DNA of 40,576 bases, taken from IMG/VR virus record IMGVR_UViG_3300038545_000012; one strand, written 5' to 3'. The position numbers and the translations under genes were made by a program. Below are positions 7,924 to 16,379 of this stretch, piece after piece. This DNA comes from a virus. A model generated the notes under the pieces. It saw only the letters and a program-made list of their open reading frames with translations. It ran no database searches and was not told the origin of the DNA. Position 1 is the first letter of the stretch, and the number at the start of each line of letters is the position of its first letter.

Positions 7924-8215
7924 AATCCCATCAACACTACAAAAACTTATTACGCTTAGTGATATTGCAAGCGCTCAGAAGCCCGTTAAGGATGAAGATT
8001 ACTTCCAACTTAAGCGAGACTATCAGAATCTAGTTAACGCGGTCACAGCACTTCTCGTTGCGGTTAATGGTGGAGAGTTTAGCCCTTTATCCGGCAGTGG
8101 AGACCCTAACGGCGTAACGAGCGCTAACTACTCGCTACTGTATATCGATACTGATATTAACCAACTGTACTATAACCCTGCCTACGGAGAAAACACCGGA
8201 TGGATTGCGTTATAA
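7913..8215 (+). CDS. Small fibre-like/needle-candidate protein (100 aa)
   Basis: Helical N-terminus. The C-terminus LLYIDTDINQLYYNPAYGENTGWIAL is typical of fibre tips. It sits after the hub gene. Confidence 0.35.
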   Translation: MIDKIPSTLQKLITLSDIASAQKPVKDEDYFQLKRDYQNLVNAVTALLVAVNGGEFSPLSGSGDPNGVTSANYSLLYIDTDINQLYYNPAYGENTGWIAL

Positions 8216-8553
8216 TTGATAAGAGCCAATTTGTAGAAGTATTTGGTCGTGAAACTGAGAAACATGCTAGTTATTACAGCTTTGGTGGCGTCGTGTTTTC
8301 TGCCGTTAAGCGTGGCGGTGCTGTTATTACGCACGTAGGTTGTAAAAAAGAAAACATGAAAAATCTAAGAGAGGCATGTAAGCGATACTGTTATTACATG
8401 CTTAACACCTTTGAATGGTGTAAGATGGTCATAGCAACGGTTGACGTTAAGCGTCAATCAGTGATTAACCTTTGCCGCAAGCTTGGCTTTACCGATACAG
8501 GTAACTTTGAGTTTGAGCACGGCACAGCTAAAGTAATGGTGAAAACAAAATGA
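8200..8553 (+). CDS. Hypothetical protein (117 aa), possible GNAT-like remnant
   Basis: ORF in the track. The tail VINLCRKLGFTDTGNFEFEHG resembles the C-terminal part of GNAT folds. This call is weak. Confidence 0.4.
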   Translation: MDCVIIDKSQFVEVFGRETEKHASYYSFGGVVFSAVKRGGAVITHVGCKKENMKNLREACKRYCYYMLNTFEWCKMVIATVDVKRQSVINLCRKLGFTDTGNFEFEHGTAKVMVKTK

Positions 8554-9296
8554 GTTTCATGGGTAAAATTTTTGATGGCATAACGGGTAAGACCGCAGCC
8601 AATGCAAGCAGAGAGGCCGCAGATACAAGCGTAGCTTTTCAGCGTGAAGCGTTAGACTACCTTAAACAAAGCCAAGAGCCATTACTACAGGCGCAGCAAT
8701 TCGGCTTAACCGGGTTAATGGATTTCTATGGCGGCAATCAGCAAGGGTTGATTGACCAAGTGCAGGCTAACCCATTCTATCAATCAATGGTGAGCCAAGG
8801 CGAAGAAGCGGTATTGCGCAATGCGGCGGCTACTGGCGGTTTGCGTGGCGGTAATGTGCAGCAGGCTTTAGCGCAGAATAGCCAAAACGTATTACAGGGC
8901 TTAACCAATCAGTATCTAGGCGGATTCGGTCAGCTAGCAGGTTATCAACCAAACACAGCGGGCGTAGCGCAAGCCACAAGCAACATTGGTAACACAATGG
9001 CGCAAGGTATTACGGGCGCGGCGCAGGCAGAGCAGCAAGGTATAGGTAACTTGGTTAATATCGGCACTAGTTTGGCTGGTTTGTTCTCTGACGAGAGACT
9101 TAAAGATAATGTTAAGTTTATAGGTAAGATAAACGGCCATAAACTTTATTCTTGGACGTGGAACAAGCTTGCTGAAAAGTTAGGGTTAAAAGGCGAGTCA
9201 CAAGGCGTCATTGCGCAAGAGGTTGAACAGTACGCCCCGCATTTGGTTGGTGAGCGTGACGGATATAAAACAGTTAACTATGCAGGGGTTTGGTAA
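8550..9296 (+). CDS. Gln/Gly/Ala-rich virion protein with a C-terminal intramolecular chaperone (peptidase S74-type) domain
   Basis: SDERLKDNVKFIGKINGHKLYSWTWNK...GVIAQEVEQYAPHLV...KTVNYAGV is the hallmark of the endosialidase/tail-fibre auto-cleaving chaperone domain. Confidence 0.8.
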   Translation: MSFMGKIFDGITGKTAANASREAADTSVAFQREALDYLKQSQEPLLQAQQFGLTGLMDFYGGNQQGLIDQVQANPFYQSMVSQGEEAVLRNAAATGGLRGGNVQQALAQNSQNVLQGLTNQYLGGFGQLAGYQPNTAGVAQATSNIGNTMAQGITGAAQAEQQGIGNLVNIGTSLAGLFSDERLKDNVKFIGKINGHKLYSWTWNKLAEKLGLKGESQGVIAQEVEQYAPHLVGERDGYKTVNYAGVW

Positions 9297-10582
9297 TGGC
9301 TAATCCTTTTTACGTATCACCATTAGGCGGCTTAAATGTTGGTCAGTCTATACAAAACATGGGCAACCAATGGCAGCAAAATGAAATAATGGACATGCGC
9401 CGTACTCAGTTTGAGCAAGGTCAGCAAGACCGTGAAGCGGCTATGCAAAAACAATCAATGCTAAAAGACCTAGCAAGCAAGGCGGTTAGTGGTGATTTAA
9501 CCGCCTCACAGCAATTATGGGTTGAAGCGCCAGAGTATGCCGCGCAAATCGACAAAGGCCTGGGTATCCAGAATGAACAGCAAGCGCAACAAGTTGGTGG
9601 ATGGTTAGAGCAATACTTGACCACACCAGCAGGTCAGCGCGACGCGTTCCTACAAAAGACAGCCAGCCAGACTCCATTTAGTATTGACGATGATTTACTA
9701 GCAATGGACCCCGCGCAGCGTGACGGTTACGCAAACATGCTTGCAGGTCGATACTTAAATAAAGAACAGTTAGCTATGTTGCAGGGTAGTGCAGGCGAGA
9801 AGCCGACAACCGCACAGGCTGACTTTAATTACTATCAAGAGCTACAAAAACGCGACCCAGCAGCGGCAGAGGCTTTTGGTATGGCAAAGGGGTATGTGCA
9901 GACTGGTCGGGAAGCCGCACCAACAACTGCGCAGCGCGATTGGAAAGAATACCAGCGACTAAAAAAGGAAGACCCAGTAGCGGCGAAGCAGTACGCACAA
10001 GCTGTTGGATTCATAACAAAAGAAGGTCGCGAGCTTTCGGCGCACCTACAAAAGCGCTTATCGAGCTTTACTGACGAGGCGGCTGAGTCGTCTGCTAACG
10101 AGATTAAATACAACGACCTAGCTGAACAAATTATTCAAGCTGGCGATGAAATAGGCTCAGGATTCTTTGAGGCTGGATGGGGCGAGAAGCTTAAAGAGTT
10201 TACAGGCGATAGCGATTGGAAAACCCAGTTACGTAGAGATGTACAGCAAATCAAAGTTTCTGAGGGCATTAAGAATCTTCCACAAGGGCCGGCAACTGAT
10301 AAGGATATTGAGCTTGTTATGAAGCCATTCCCACCGGATACGGCAAGCGCTGAATACATTGCTTCTTATCTTCGTGGATTAGCCAAGCTATCTAATTACC
10401 GCAAGCAATATAACGACTTTAAAGCTAACTACGTCAGTGAGAATGGCACTGAACGCGGCATGCTTAAGGCATGGAAAGAAGAAGGCATTACACCTGAGTT
10501 GTCGCAGCGTGAAGAGGGCTTTAATGAAGCTCAAACGCAAATTAGAAATGTTGGTAGATTCCAAGTGCAAGAGGTTAACTGA
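9296..10582 (+). CDS. Putative ejection/internal virion protein (P22 gp20-sized)
   Basis: ATG 9296 overlaps the upstream stop (TAATG). The protein is Gln-rich and helical, and its position corresponds to the P22 ejection proteins. Confidence 0.45.
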   Translation: MANPFYVSPLGGLNVGQSIQNMGNQWQQNEIMDMRRTQFEQGQQDREAAMQKQSMLKDLASKAVSGDLTASQQLWVEAPEYAAQIDKGLGIQNEQQAQQVGGWLEQYLTTPAGQRDAFLQKTASQTPFSIDDDLLAMDPAQRDGYANMLAGRYLNKEQLAMLQGSAGEKPTTAQADFNYYQELQKRDPAAAEAFGMAKGYVQTGREAAPTTAQRDWKEYQRLKKEDPVAAKQYAQAVGFITKEGRELSAHLQKRLSSFTDEAAESSANEIKYNDLAEQIIQAGDEIGSGFFEAGWGEKLKEFTGDSDWKTQLRRDVQQIKVSEGIKNLPQGPATDKDIELVMKPFPPDTASAEYIASYLRGLAKLSNYRKQYNDFKANYVSENGTERGMLKAWKEEGITPELSQREEGFNEAQTQIRNVGRFQVQEVN

Positions 10583-12783
10583 TGCCTACTTACGAAGTTA
10601 CAGACCCCGAGACTGGTCGCAAATTACGACTATCTGGTGACACGCCGCCAAGCGAACAGGAAATACAACAGGTTTTTTCTGAATACTACGGAATGCAGGA
10701 AGTGCAGCCTGAGGGTGGTATTTTAGAAGGTACTGGTGAGGCTTTACAGTCTGTTGGAGCTAACGTATTGGGGGCTGTTGGCTCCGGTCTTGGTGGTATT
10801 TACGAATTAATACGCACAGGCGACACAGAAAAGGCTGCTGAAGCGGTGCGCTCAATGCAGCAAGATATAGCTACTAGATTTGCACCTGAAACACGAACAG
10901 GCGAACAAATACTTGAGGGCGGTATGGCTTTAGCTGATGCGGCTGGCACTGCTATAAAAACAGCGCCAAGCATGTTAATTAGTGGTGCAGCGATGCCGTT
11001 TATTGGCGAAGAAGGCGCAAGAGAATTAGCATCTGATATTCGCAATAGACAAACTGGTGAAGTTGTTAGTCAAGGTGTATTTGAGGCTACTGGCTCACCA
11101 TTCCTTGCAGCAGCAGTTGAAACACTAACACCTGATATTTCAGAGGTTGCAACTGCTGGTGCTGGTGGGTTAATGGCGCGAGGCGTAAGAAATGCAGCGG
11201 CTAGACGGGCAGGTGAAAGTGTAAGGCAAGCTGAAATCCAATCCGCCAGAGCAGGTGGGGCAGCTACGCCATTACAAGGAAAGCCAACTGAATCAGCGGT
11301 GCAGCGTACAGCGCAGGCAATACAGAAAGCGACACCAGAAGAGGTTGCGGCTTTGGTCGATTCTGACCCTAAAATTTTACAGGCGATTGATTCGCTTGAA
11401 ATCGATGCTGAACCTATCTTTTCGCAGCTAAGCAGAAACCCGCAATACAGAGAAGTTGAGGGCGGATTGCGCGCCCTGCCCGGTAGCGAATTAAACGCAC
11501 AAGCTAACAGATTTATTGAAGCGACGCGCAGAAAGGCCGACGAGCTAATTGAAACCTTTGGTGGTGTTAAAGATAAAGCGCTTTTATCTGACCAGTTTAG
11601 AGAAGATGCTCTTCGCACTATTGACGACCTAGCTGAATCAGCAAATGAAGTTTATTCACAGATTGATACAAGTGTTAAAAAGTCAGAAACAGCAATCCCA
11701 GAAAGCACGATTGATTTTCTTTACTCTAAAGCAGATGAGTTAGGCGGCATTGACAATTTACAACCTAAATTTAGAAAGTTGGTGAGAGACTTAGAGGAAA
11801 GTCCAACCATTGGGTTAATTGACCAGCGCCGCAAGGATATGGGTCAGGCAGCTTTTAAGAACTCAGGTTTATTTAAGGACGCAGAAGAGGGTTTTGCGAA
11901 AGCTATTTATGGACGCTTAACGGATGACATGAATGCAATTCTTGAAAGCAAAGGAATGAAAGAGATTAGCGACTCTGGCAAGGCGCTTGTGAAAGAGCGC
12001 AAATTGCTAGAAGGTAATCTCCAATCGTTACTAGGTAAACAATTAAGTAGGGATTTAACCACGGTTGTAGGCTCGGCAACAAAAGGGTTGTCACAAGGCA
12101 GAGTCAAACAGTTTGTTGATGCCGTTAACAAGATTCCTAAAGAATACCGACAAAAAGCCGTTGTTACATCACTAAATGATGTATTTAGAGGCAAAGGTCA
12201 AGGTATGGAGGCTTTTAACGCTAACGATTACCTGAAATTTTGGAATGAGTTACAGCGTAATCCAAGGGCAAGAACGGCGCTATTCAAAGAGCTACCGAAA
12301 GGCTCGCGAGGCGCTTTAGCTGGACTAGCCGAAATAGCTAAGGGCATCAACCAATCTGACCGCACCGTTATTCGAACCGGTATTATTCAATCGTTCTTTG
12401 AGCCTAACACTGGACTGATTAGCAAGATGCTTGGCAATGTTGGCAGGGGCTTAGCGGCAACCAAGGCAGGGCCAGCAGGGAGTGCATTATATAGCGCGGT
12501 CTCTGACCTACTTTCTCAATCAACAAGTCCAGCACAAAGGGTTGCTACATTGATTGCTACACCACAGTTTCAAAATACTGTTAAAATGGCAATTAACGAA
12601 AAAATCACCAATCCAGCAAGAGCAAGCGCCAAGCTAAAAGCGGCTAACGAGAAATTAAAGCGGACTAGACAGTATCAAGCATGGGTGGAAACATTACCCG
12701 AAGCTGATAAACTAGCAGCACAGGCTGGATTTTTAACATACCTTGCAACGGTGGGCGAATCAGAAAATGACAATACTCAATAA
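10582..12783 (+). CDS. Putative ejection/internal virion protein (733 aa, Ala/Gly-rich)
   Basis: Its start overlaps the upstream stop (TGATG). Size and position are comparable to P22 gp16. Confidence 0.45.
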   Translation: MPTYEVTDPETGRKLRLSGDTPPSEQEIQQVFSEYYGMQEVQPEGGILEGTGEALQSVGANVLGAVGSGLGGIYELIRTGDTEKAAEAVRSMQQDIATRFAPETRTGEQILEGGMALADAAGTAIKTAPSMLISGAAMPFIGEEGARELASDIRNRQTGEVVSQGVFEATGSPFLAAAVETLTPDISEVATAGAGGLMARGVRNAAARRAGESVRQAEIQSARAGGAATPLQGKPTESAVQRTAQAIQKATPEEVAALVDSDPKILQAIDSLEIDAEPIFSQLSRNPQYREVEGGLRALPGSELNAQANRFIEATRRKADELIETFGGVKDKALLSDQFREDALRTIDDLAESANEVYSQIDTSVKKSETAIPESTIDFLYSKADELGGIDNLQPKFRKLVRDLEESPTIGLIDQRRKDMGQAAFKNSGLFKDAEEGFAKAIYGRLTDDMNAILESKGMKEISDSGKALVKERKLLEGNLQSLLGKQLSRDLTTVVGSATKGLSQGRVKQFVDAVNKIPKEYRQKAVVTSLNDVFRGKGQGMEAFNANDYLKFWNELQRNPRARTALFKELPKGSRGALAGLAEIAKGINQSDRTVIRTGIIQSFFEPNTGLISKMLGNVGRGLAATKAGPAGSALYSAVSDLLSQSTSPAQRVATLIATPQFQNTVKMAINEKITNPARASAKLKAANEKLKRTRQYQAWVETLPEADKLAAQAGFLTYLATVGESENDNTQ

Positions 12784-13945
12784 CACAGCAGTTTCACCAG
12801 AAAGCTTATTACGGGTCACTAACCCGTATGAGTTTTTCGCGGACCCCGAAAAGCCCAAAGCGTTAGCAGGTGGCGAAGTTTATTTTGGTTTGCCTACATA
12901 CGACCCATTGCAGCCTGAAAACCGAAAGCGTGTTTATATTGCTCAGGAGGATGGTGAAACGATAGCGATTAGTCAGCCCGTTAGCTTAGGCAATGGCGGT
13001 GTACCAATGTATAACGGCTCACCTGTTATCTTGTTGGTTGATGGCCCTTATTCGATGCGCGTACTAGATAAAAACGGTGCAAGCAAATATTACGCACCTA
13101 AAGTTAATCAACTATCTAGCTCTGAGATTGGCTCTCAGCCACGCACAGAAGTGCTAACACTAACGGATGGTCAAGCGTCAGTCACATTTTCAAACGTCGA
13201 TGTGAGTACGGCTGTTTTTGATGTGTCGGGCGACAATATAGATGACGGACCGCTATTCCGTGATAAACATTACGCGATTGCTGATGGCGGCTCAGGCGTT
13301 ATTTCTCTACTCGAAACTTACCCAGCAGGAACGGAAATTCGTGCAAGGCAGTTTGCACCTGACGACACTACAGCTACCAGCGTTACAACAAACCTTAGGC
13401 GCTACACATTCAAAAATGCTGCAGACGCCAAGGCAGCCCCGTTAAAAGTCGATGATGTTGTTGAATTAATGGATTTAAACTCTGATGACGACGAGAATGG
13501 CGCTCTTAGGTATCTAGTAGTTGCAGAGGGTACTGGCGTTGATGACGGTCTAAACTTCATAACGCTAGATAATAACCTACAACTAAAAATGTACAGGTTT
13601 AGACATAGACTGCGCTCATTTAGCGAAACAGAGCAGACGGTGTTTCCAACTGGCACGGAAGTTATACTGGATGCAGGAATATCAAGCTTTTTCAAAGTTA
13701 CGCTGGATAGAAACATCACTGATGTACTTATTGTTAATGAAAACCCGGTAGCGACAAACACTATAACGTTAAAGATTAGACAGGGTGCAGGGGGTGGATA
13801 TACCGTAGCGTTCCCATCAACCGACTTTGGAGCGGCAGGAGCGCCAACTATTACAACGGCGGCAGGTAAAGAGGATATTGTTGTTATAGCAAAGCTAGCC
13901 AACGATAGACAGCTAGGCTCAGTGTTCGGGCAGGGGTATAACTAA
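12767..13945 (+). CDS. Tailspike adaptor: P22 tailspike head-binding domain plus a non-beta-helix C-terminal region
   Basis: GEVYFGLPTYDPLQPENRKRVYIAQEDGETIAISQPVSLGNGGVPMYNGSPV resembles the P22 gp9 N-terminus ([52 protein letters not shown]). The ORF is open from 12743. Confidence 0.75.
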   Translation: MTILNNTAVSPESLLRVTNPYEFFADPEKPKALAGGEVYFGLPTYDPLQPENRKRVYIAQEDGETIAISQPVSLGNGGVPMYNGSPVILLVDGPYSMRVLDKNGASKYYAPKVNQLSSSEIGSQPRTEVLTLTDGQASVTFSNVDVSTAVFDVSGDNIDDGPLFRDKHYAIADGGSGVISLLETYPAGTEIRARQFAPDDTTATSVTTNLRRYTFKNAADAKAAPLKVDDVVELMDLNSDDDENGALRYLVVAEGTGVDDGLNFITLDNNLQLKMYRFRHRLRSFSETEQTVFPTGTEVILDAGISSFFKVTLDRNITDVLIVNENPVATNTITLKIRQGAGGGYTVAFPSTDFGAAGAPTITTAAGKEDIVVIAKLANDRQLGSVFGQGYN

Positions 13946-14298
13946 TGCTTGGTATATCTAAAGGCGCTGGCGGCTTTCAGTCCGCGCCGCCGCCTCCCGA
14001 CGTAAAGGCAACCATATCACCACAAACGCTAACAACTGTATCTTCTAACGGGTCTTATACAAGCCCTGTATTTAAGTCAACGGTAAGTAACGGCGTGGGG
14101 CCGTTTACCTATAATTGGTCTTTTGACGCTGGCTCAGTTATTTCTAAAACAGCAGATAAAACTAGGGTACAATGTAGCGGTTACAACACAGAAATAACAG
14201 GCACGTTAACGCTAACTGTCACCGATACAGGCGATAGCAATAAGCAATCTGTTGACGCTGTAACTATTAGAGTATTCTTTGAGGACCAGTTTAGATGA
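13945..14298 (+). CDS. Small PKD/Ig-like domain protein (117 aa)
   Basis: GPFTYNWSF...GTLTLTVTDTGDS is a PKD-like pattern. The gene is translationally coupled on both sides. Confidence 0.5.
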   Translation: MLGISKGAGGFQSAPPPPDVKATISPQTLTTVSSNGSYTSPVFKSTVSNGVGPFTYNWSFDAGSVISKTADKTRVQCSGYNTEITGTLTLTVTDTGDSNKQSVDAVTIRVFFEDQFR

Positions 14299-16379
14299 AA
14301 AAGTATTTAAATAGCGTCGTAGCTCAGTTTGACACTACACAAGGCGGAAATGCAGCATTAGGCACTACTGTTACTGTCAGACTTGTCGAAACTGGTGCTA
14401 AGGCGACCATATATAGCGATAACGGGGTTACAGTAATAGATAACCCGTTGACCGTTGACAGTAAGGGTAATTACGAGTTCTATGCAGCAGATGGTCGTTA
14501 CAACATTATACAAGATGAGGGGTTGCCAACTGAGCTCGCTTTAAATGATGTTAGTATATTTGATGTTGAAACTTACTTAGCTCCAACGGGTCGCGCTGCC
14601 CTTGTGGCGACAACAGAAACGTTAATCGAATCAAACTTTAATTACCCTGAAAACTCGGTTATATACACACTAGGTTACGCATTAGCAAATGATGACGGCG
14701 GCGGCCAGTGGTACAGAACAGAGTTTACTGACACACCAAGCAGAAGCCCTGCGCAGAGAGGTAATGCAACCTTAACCGATGCTCGCGGTGTGGTTTGGCA
14801 GTACGTTAACGCGCTAGGCAGAATTGTTGCTGAGGCTTTAGGCTCAAAAGGCGATAACTTAACCGATAACACAGCGGTATGGTCTGCAATTCAAAGCTCA
14901 GGGTTTAAGTATGTAAAAGTTGTTAGCGGTATTCATATTTACTCAGGAATAACAGTTGACTCTGATTTTTGCATCGAGGGCAGTGCAGGCAGTAGACCGA
15001 CTCTGAAAATGATTAACGCAGGAAATCAAACTTGCATATATGGACCTGGTGTAAGCAATGTAACAATACGTGATGTGATTATTGATGGTAACAAAGCAAA
15101 TCAATCAATCGGCACTGGCAATAACTGGAGAGGAATTTATTTTCTAGGTGACTGCGCAAATATTGACATTGAGAATGTGACAGTTAAAAGCACGGTTGAC
15201 CACGGCATATTCTTCTCAAATGGCGGCGATGTAAATAATCGTTGCGGAAGGGATAGCACTATCAGGAATGTTATCGTTACCGATTGCGGCTCACAGCCTC
15301 ATATCGACGCAGGTGGCGCAGGTGGTACAGGTCTTGTTGGCGGTCAGCGCTCTACTCACTTTATTAGTTGTGTGGCTTACGGTAACTACTTAAACGGCTT
15401 TAAGTCTAACGGTACGCACACAGGCTGTGAGTCGTATAGCAATGTCGGCGGCGGATATGAAACGGGCTTTGGCTCACCTTCAACCACACAGGCGAAGTGG
15501 GTGCAATGCTCGGCTGAGAACAACGGCGGCACAGGTTGGCGTAACCAAGGCGAGGGCGACGAATTAACATGGGTTGGATGTTTGGCAAGAGGAAATGGTC
15601 GGGCAGGCATACTGTTACTTAACGCTGTCAGTCGGGCGACTATTGACTCCTGTTGGTTTGCTGAAAACGGACAGTTATCAGGCACCGAGCCGCGCACTGA
15701 CACAGAGGGTTACGACGGTATCACCATTACAGGCACAAGCGCGAACCCTAATGATATCATTATTAGCGGGTGTCAATTTTATGATGACCAAGCTACGAAG
15801 ACGCAAGAGCATCATATTTACATGCGGAAAGAGGCTAATAATGTAACCATTGGAGATAATAACATCTTTGGAGACTCAAAGTTACAGCCATTCTATGCTG
15901 AACTGGATGCGCAAACATCAAACCTTAAAATAGGTAAGTGTTTTGGGTTGTCGACTTATGCGAACATAACGTCACCCGTTACTATTACTGGCACTACAGC
16001 TGGAACAACAGTCACAGACCACTCAATAGATGAAAGGTCATTACTATCGTCAACAAGATTGAGACTTACATTAGCAGGTGACGCAGCAGGAACAGGTGGC
16101 ACAAAGGCTATTCGGTTACAAGTAGCAGGTACAGTGCAAACACTGGCTACATTCGGTTCAGGCGATACAGGCGCTTATTATGTTGAAGCTGAAATTGTGC
16201 GTCACAACTCAACTGCCTATGTGCAGTATAAATGCTATATTGAAGGCGTAACAGTAGATGAGGGTTTATTTACTACGGCTGCATCATTCAGTAGTGACAT
16301 GATTGTTCGCTCTATTGTTCAATTGGGTAACTCAGGCGATTCAGTAACACAGCAACGTTTCACATTGGAGCAAGTTTAA
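14295..16379 (+). CDS. Tailspike 1, right-handed beta-helix (putative polysaccharide depolymerase)
   Basis: Repeated motifs of the type NVTIRDVIIDGN, NIDIENVTVKST..HGIFF and several 'G..S.G...GCES.SN' rungs. The N-terminus is a fibre-type beta-sandwich (TVTVRLVETGAKATIYSD..NPLTVDSKGNYEFY). Confidence 0.75.
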   Translation: MKKYLNSVVAQFDTTQGGNAALGTTVTVRLVETGAKATIYSDNGVTVIDNPLTVDSKGNYEFYAADGRYNIIQDEGLPTELALNDVSIFDVETYLAPTGRAALVATTETLIESNFNYPENSVIYTLGYALANDDGGGQWYRTEFTDTPSRSPAQRGNATLTDARGVVWQYVNALGRIVAEALGSKGDNLTDNTAVWSAIQSSGFKYVKVVSGIHIYSGITVDSDFCIEGSAGSRPTLKMINAGNQTCIYGPGVSNVTIRDVIIDGNKANQSIGTGNNWRGIYFLGDCANIDIENVTVKSTVDHGIFFSNGGDVNNRCGRDSTIRNVIVTDCGSQPHIDAGGAGGTGLVGGQRSTHFISCVAYGNYLNGFKSNGTHTGCESYSNVGGGYETGFGSPSTTQAKWVQCSAENNGGTGWRNQGEGDELTWVGCLARGNGRAGILLLNAVSRATIDSCWFAENGQLSGTEPRTDTEGYDGITITGTSANPNDIIISGCQFYDDQATKTQEHHIYMRKEANNVTIGDNNIFGDSKLQPFYAELDAQTSNLKIGKCFGLSTYANITSPVTITGTTAGTTVTDHSIDERSLLSSTRLRLTLAGDAAGTGGTKAIRLQVAGTVQTLATFGSGDTGAYYVEAEIVRHNSTAYVQYKCYIEGVTVDEGLFTTAASFSSDMIVRSIVQLGNSGDSVTQQRFTLEQV

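Noticed and set aside
11070-11618. 182-aa minus-strand ORF inside the 733-aa ejection-protein gene (and similar ORFs at 10800..11045 and 11907..12194)
   Set aside because: These are antisense shadows of an Ala/Gly-rich, GC-richer gene. There is no RBS, and they contradict the uninterrupted plus-strand operon.
13402-13902. 166-aa minus-strand ORF inside the tailspike adaptor gene
   Set aside because: Antisense shadow. The plus-strand frame carries the recognisable P22 head-binding domain and coupled starts and stops.
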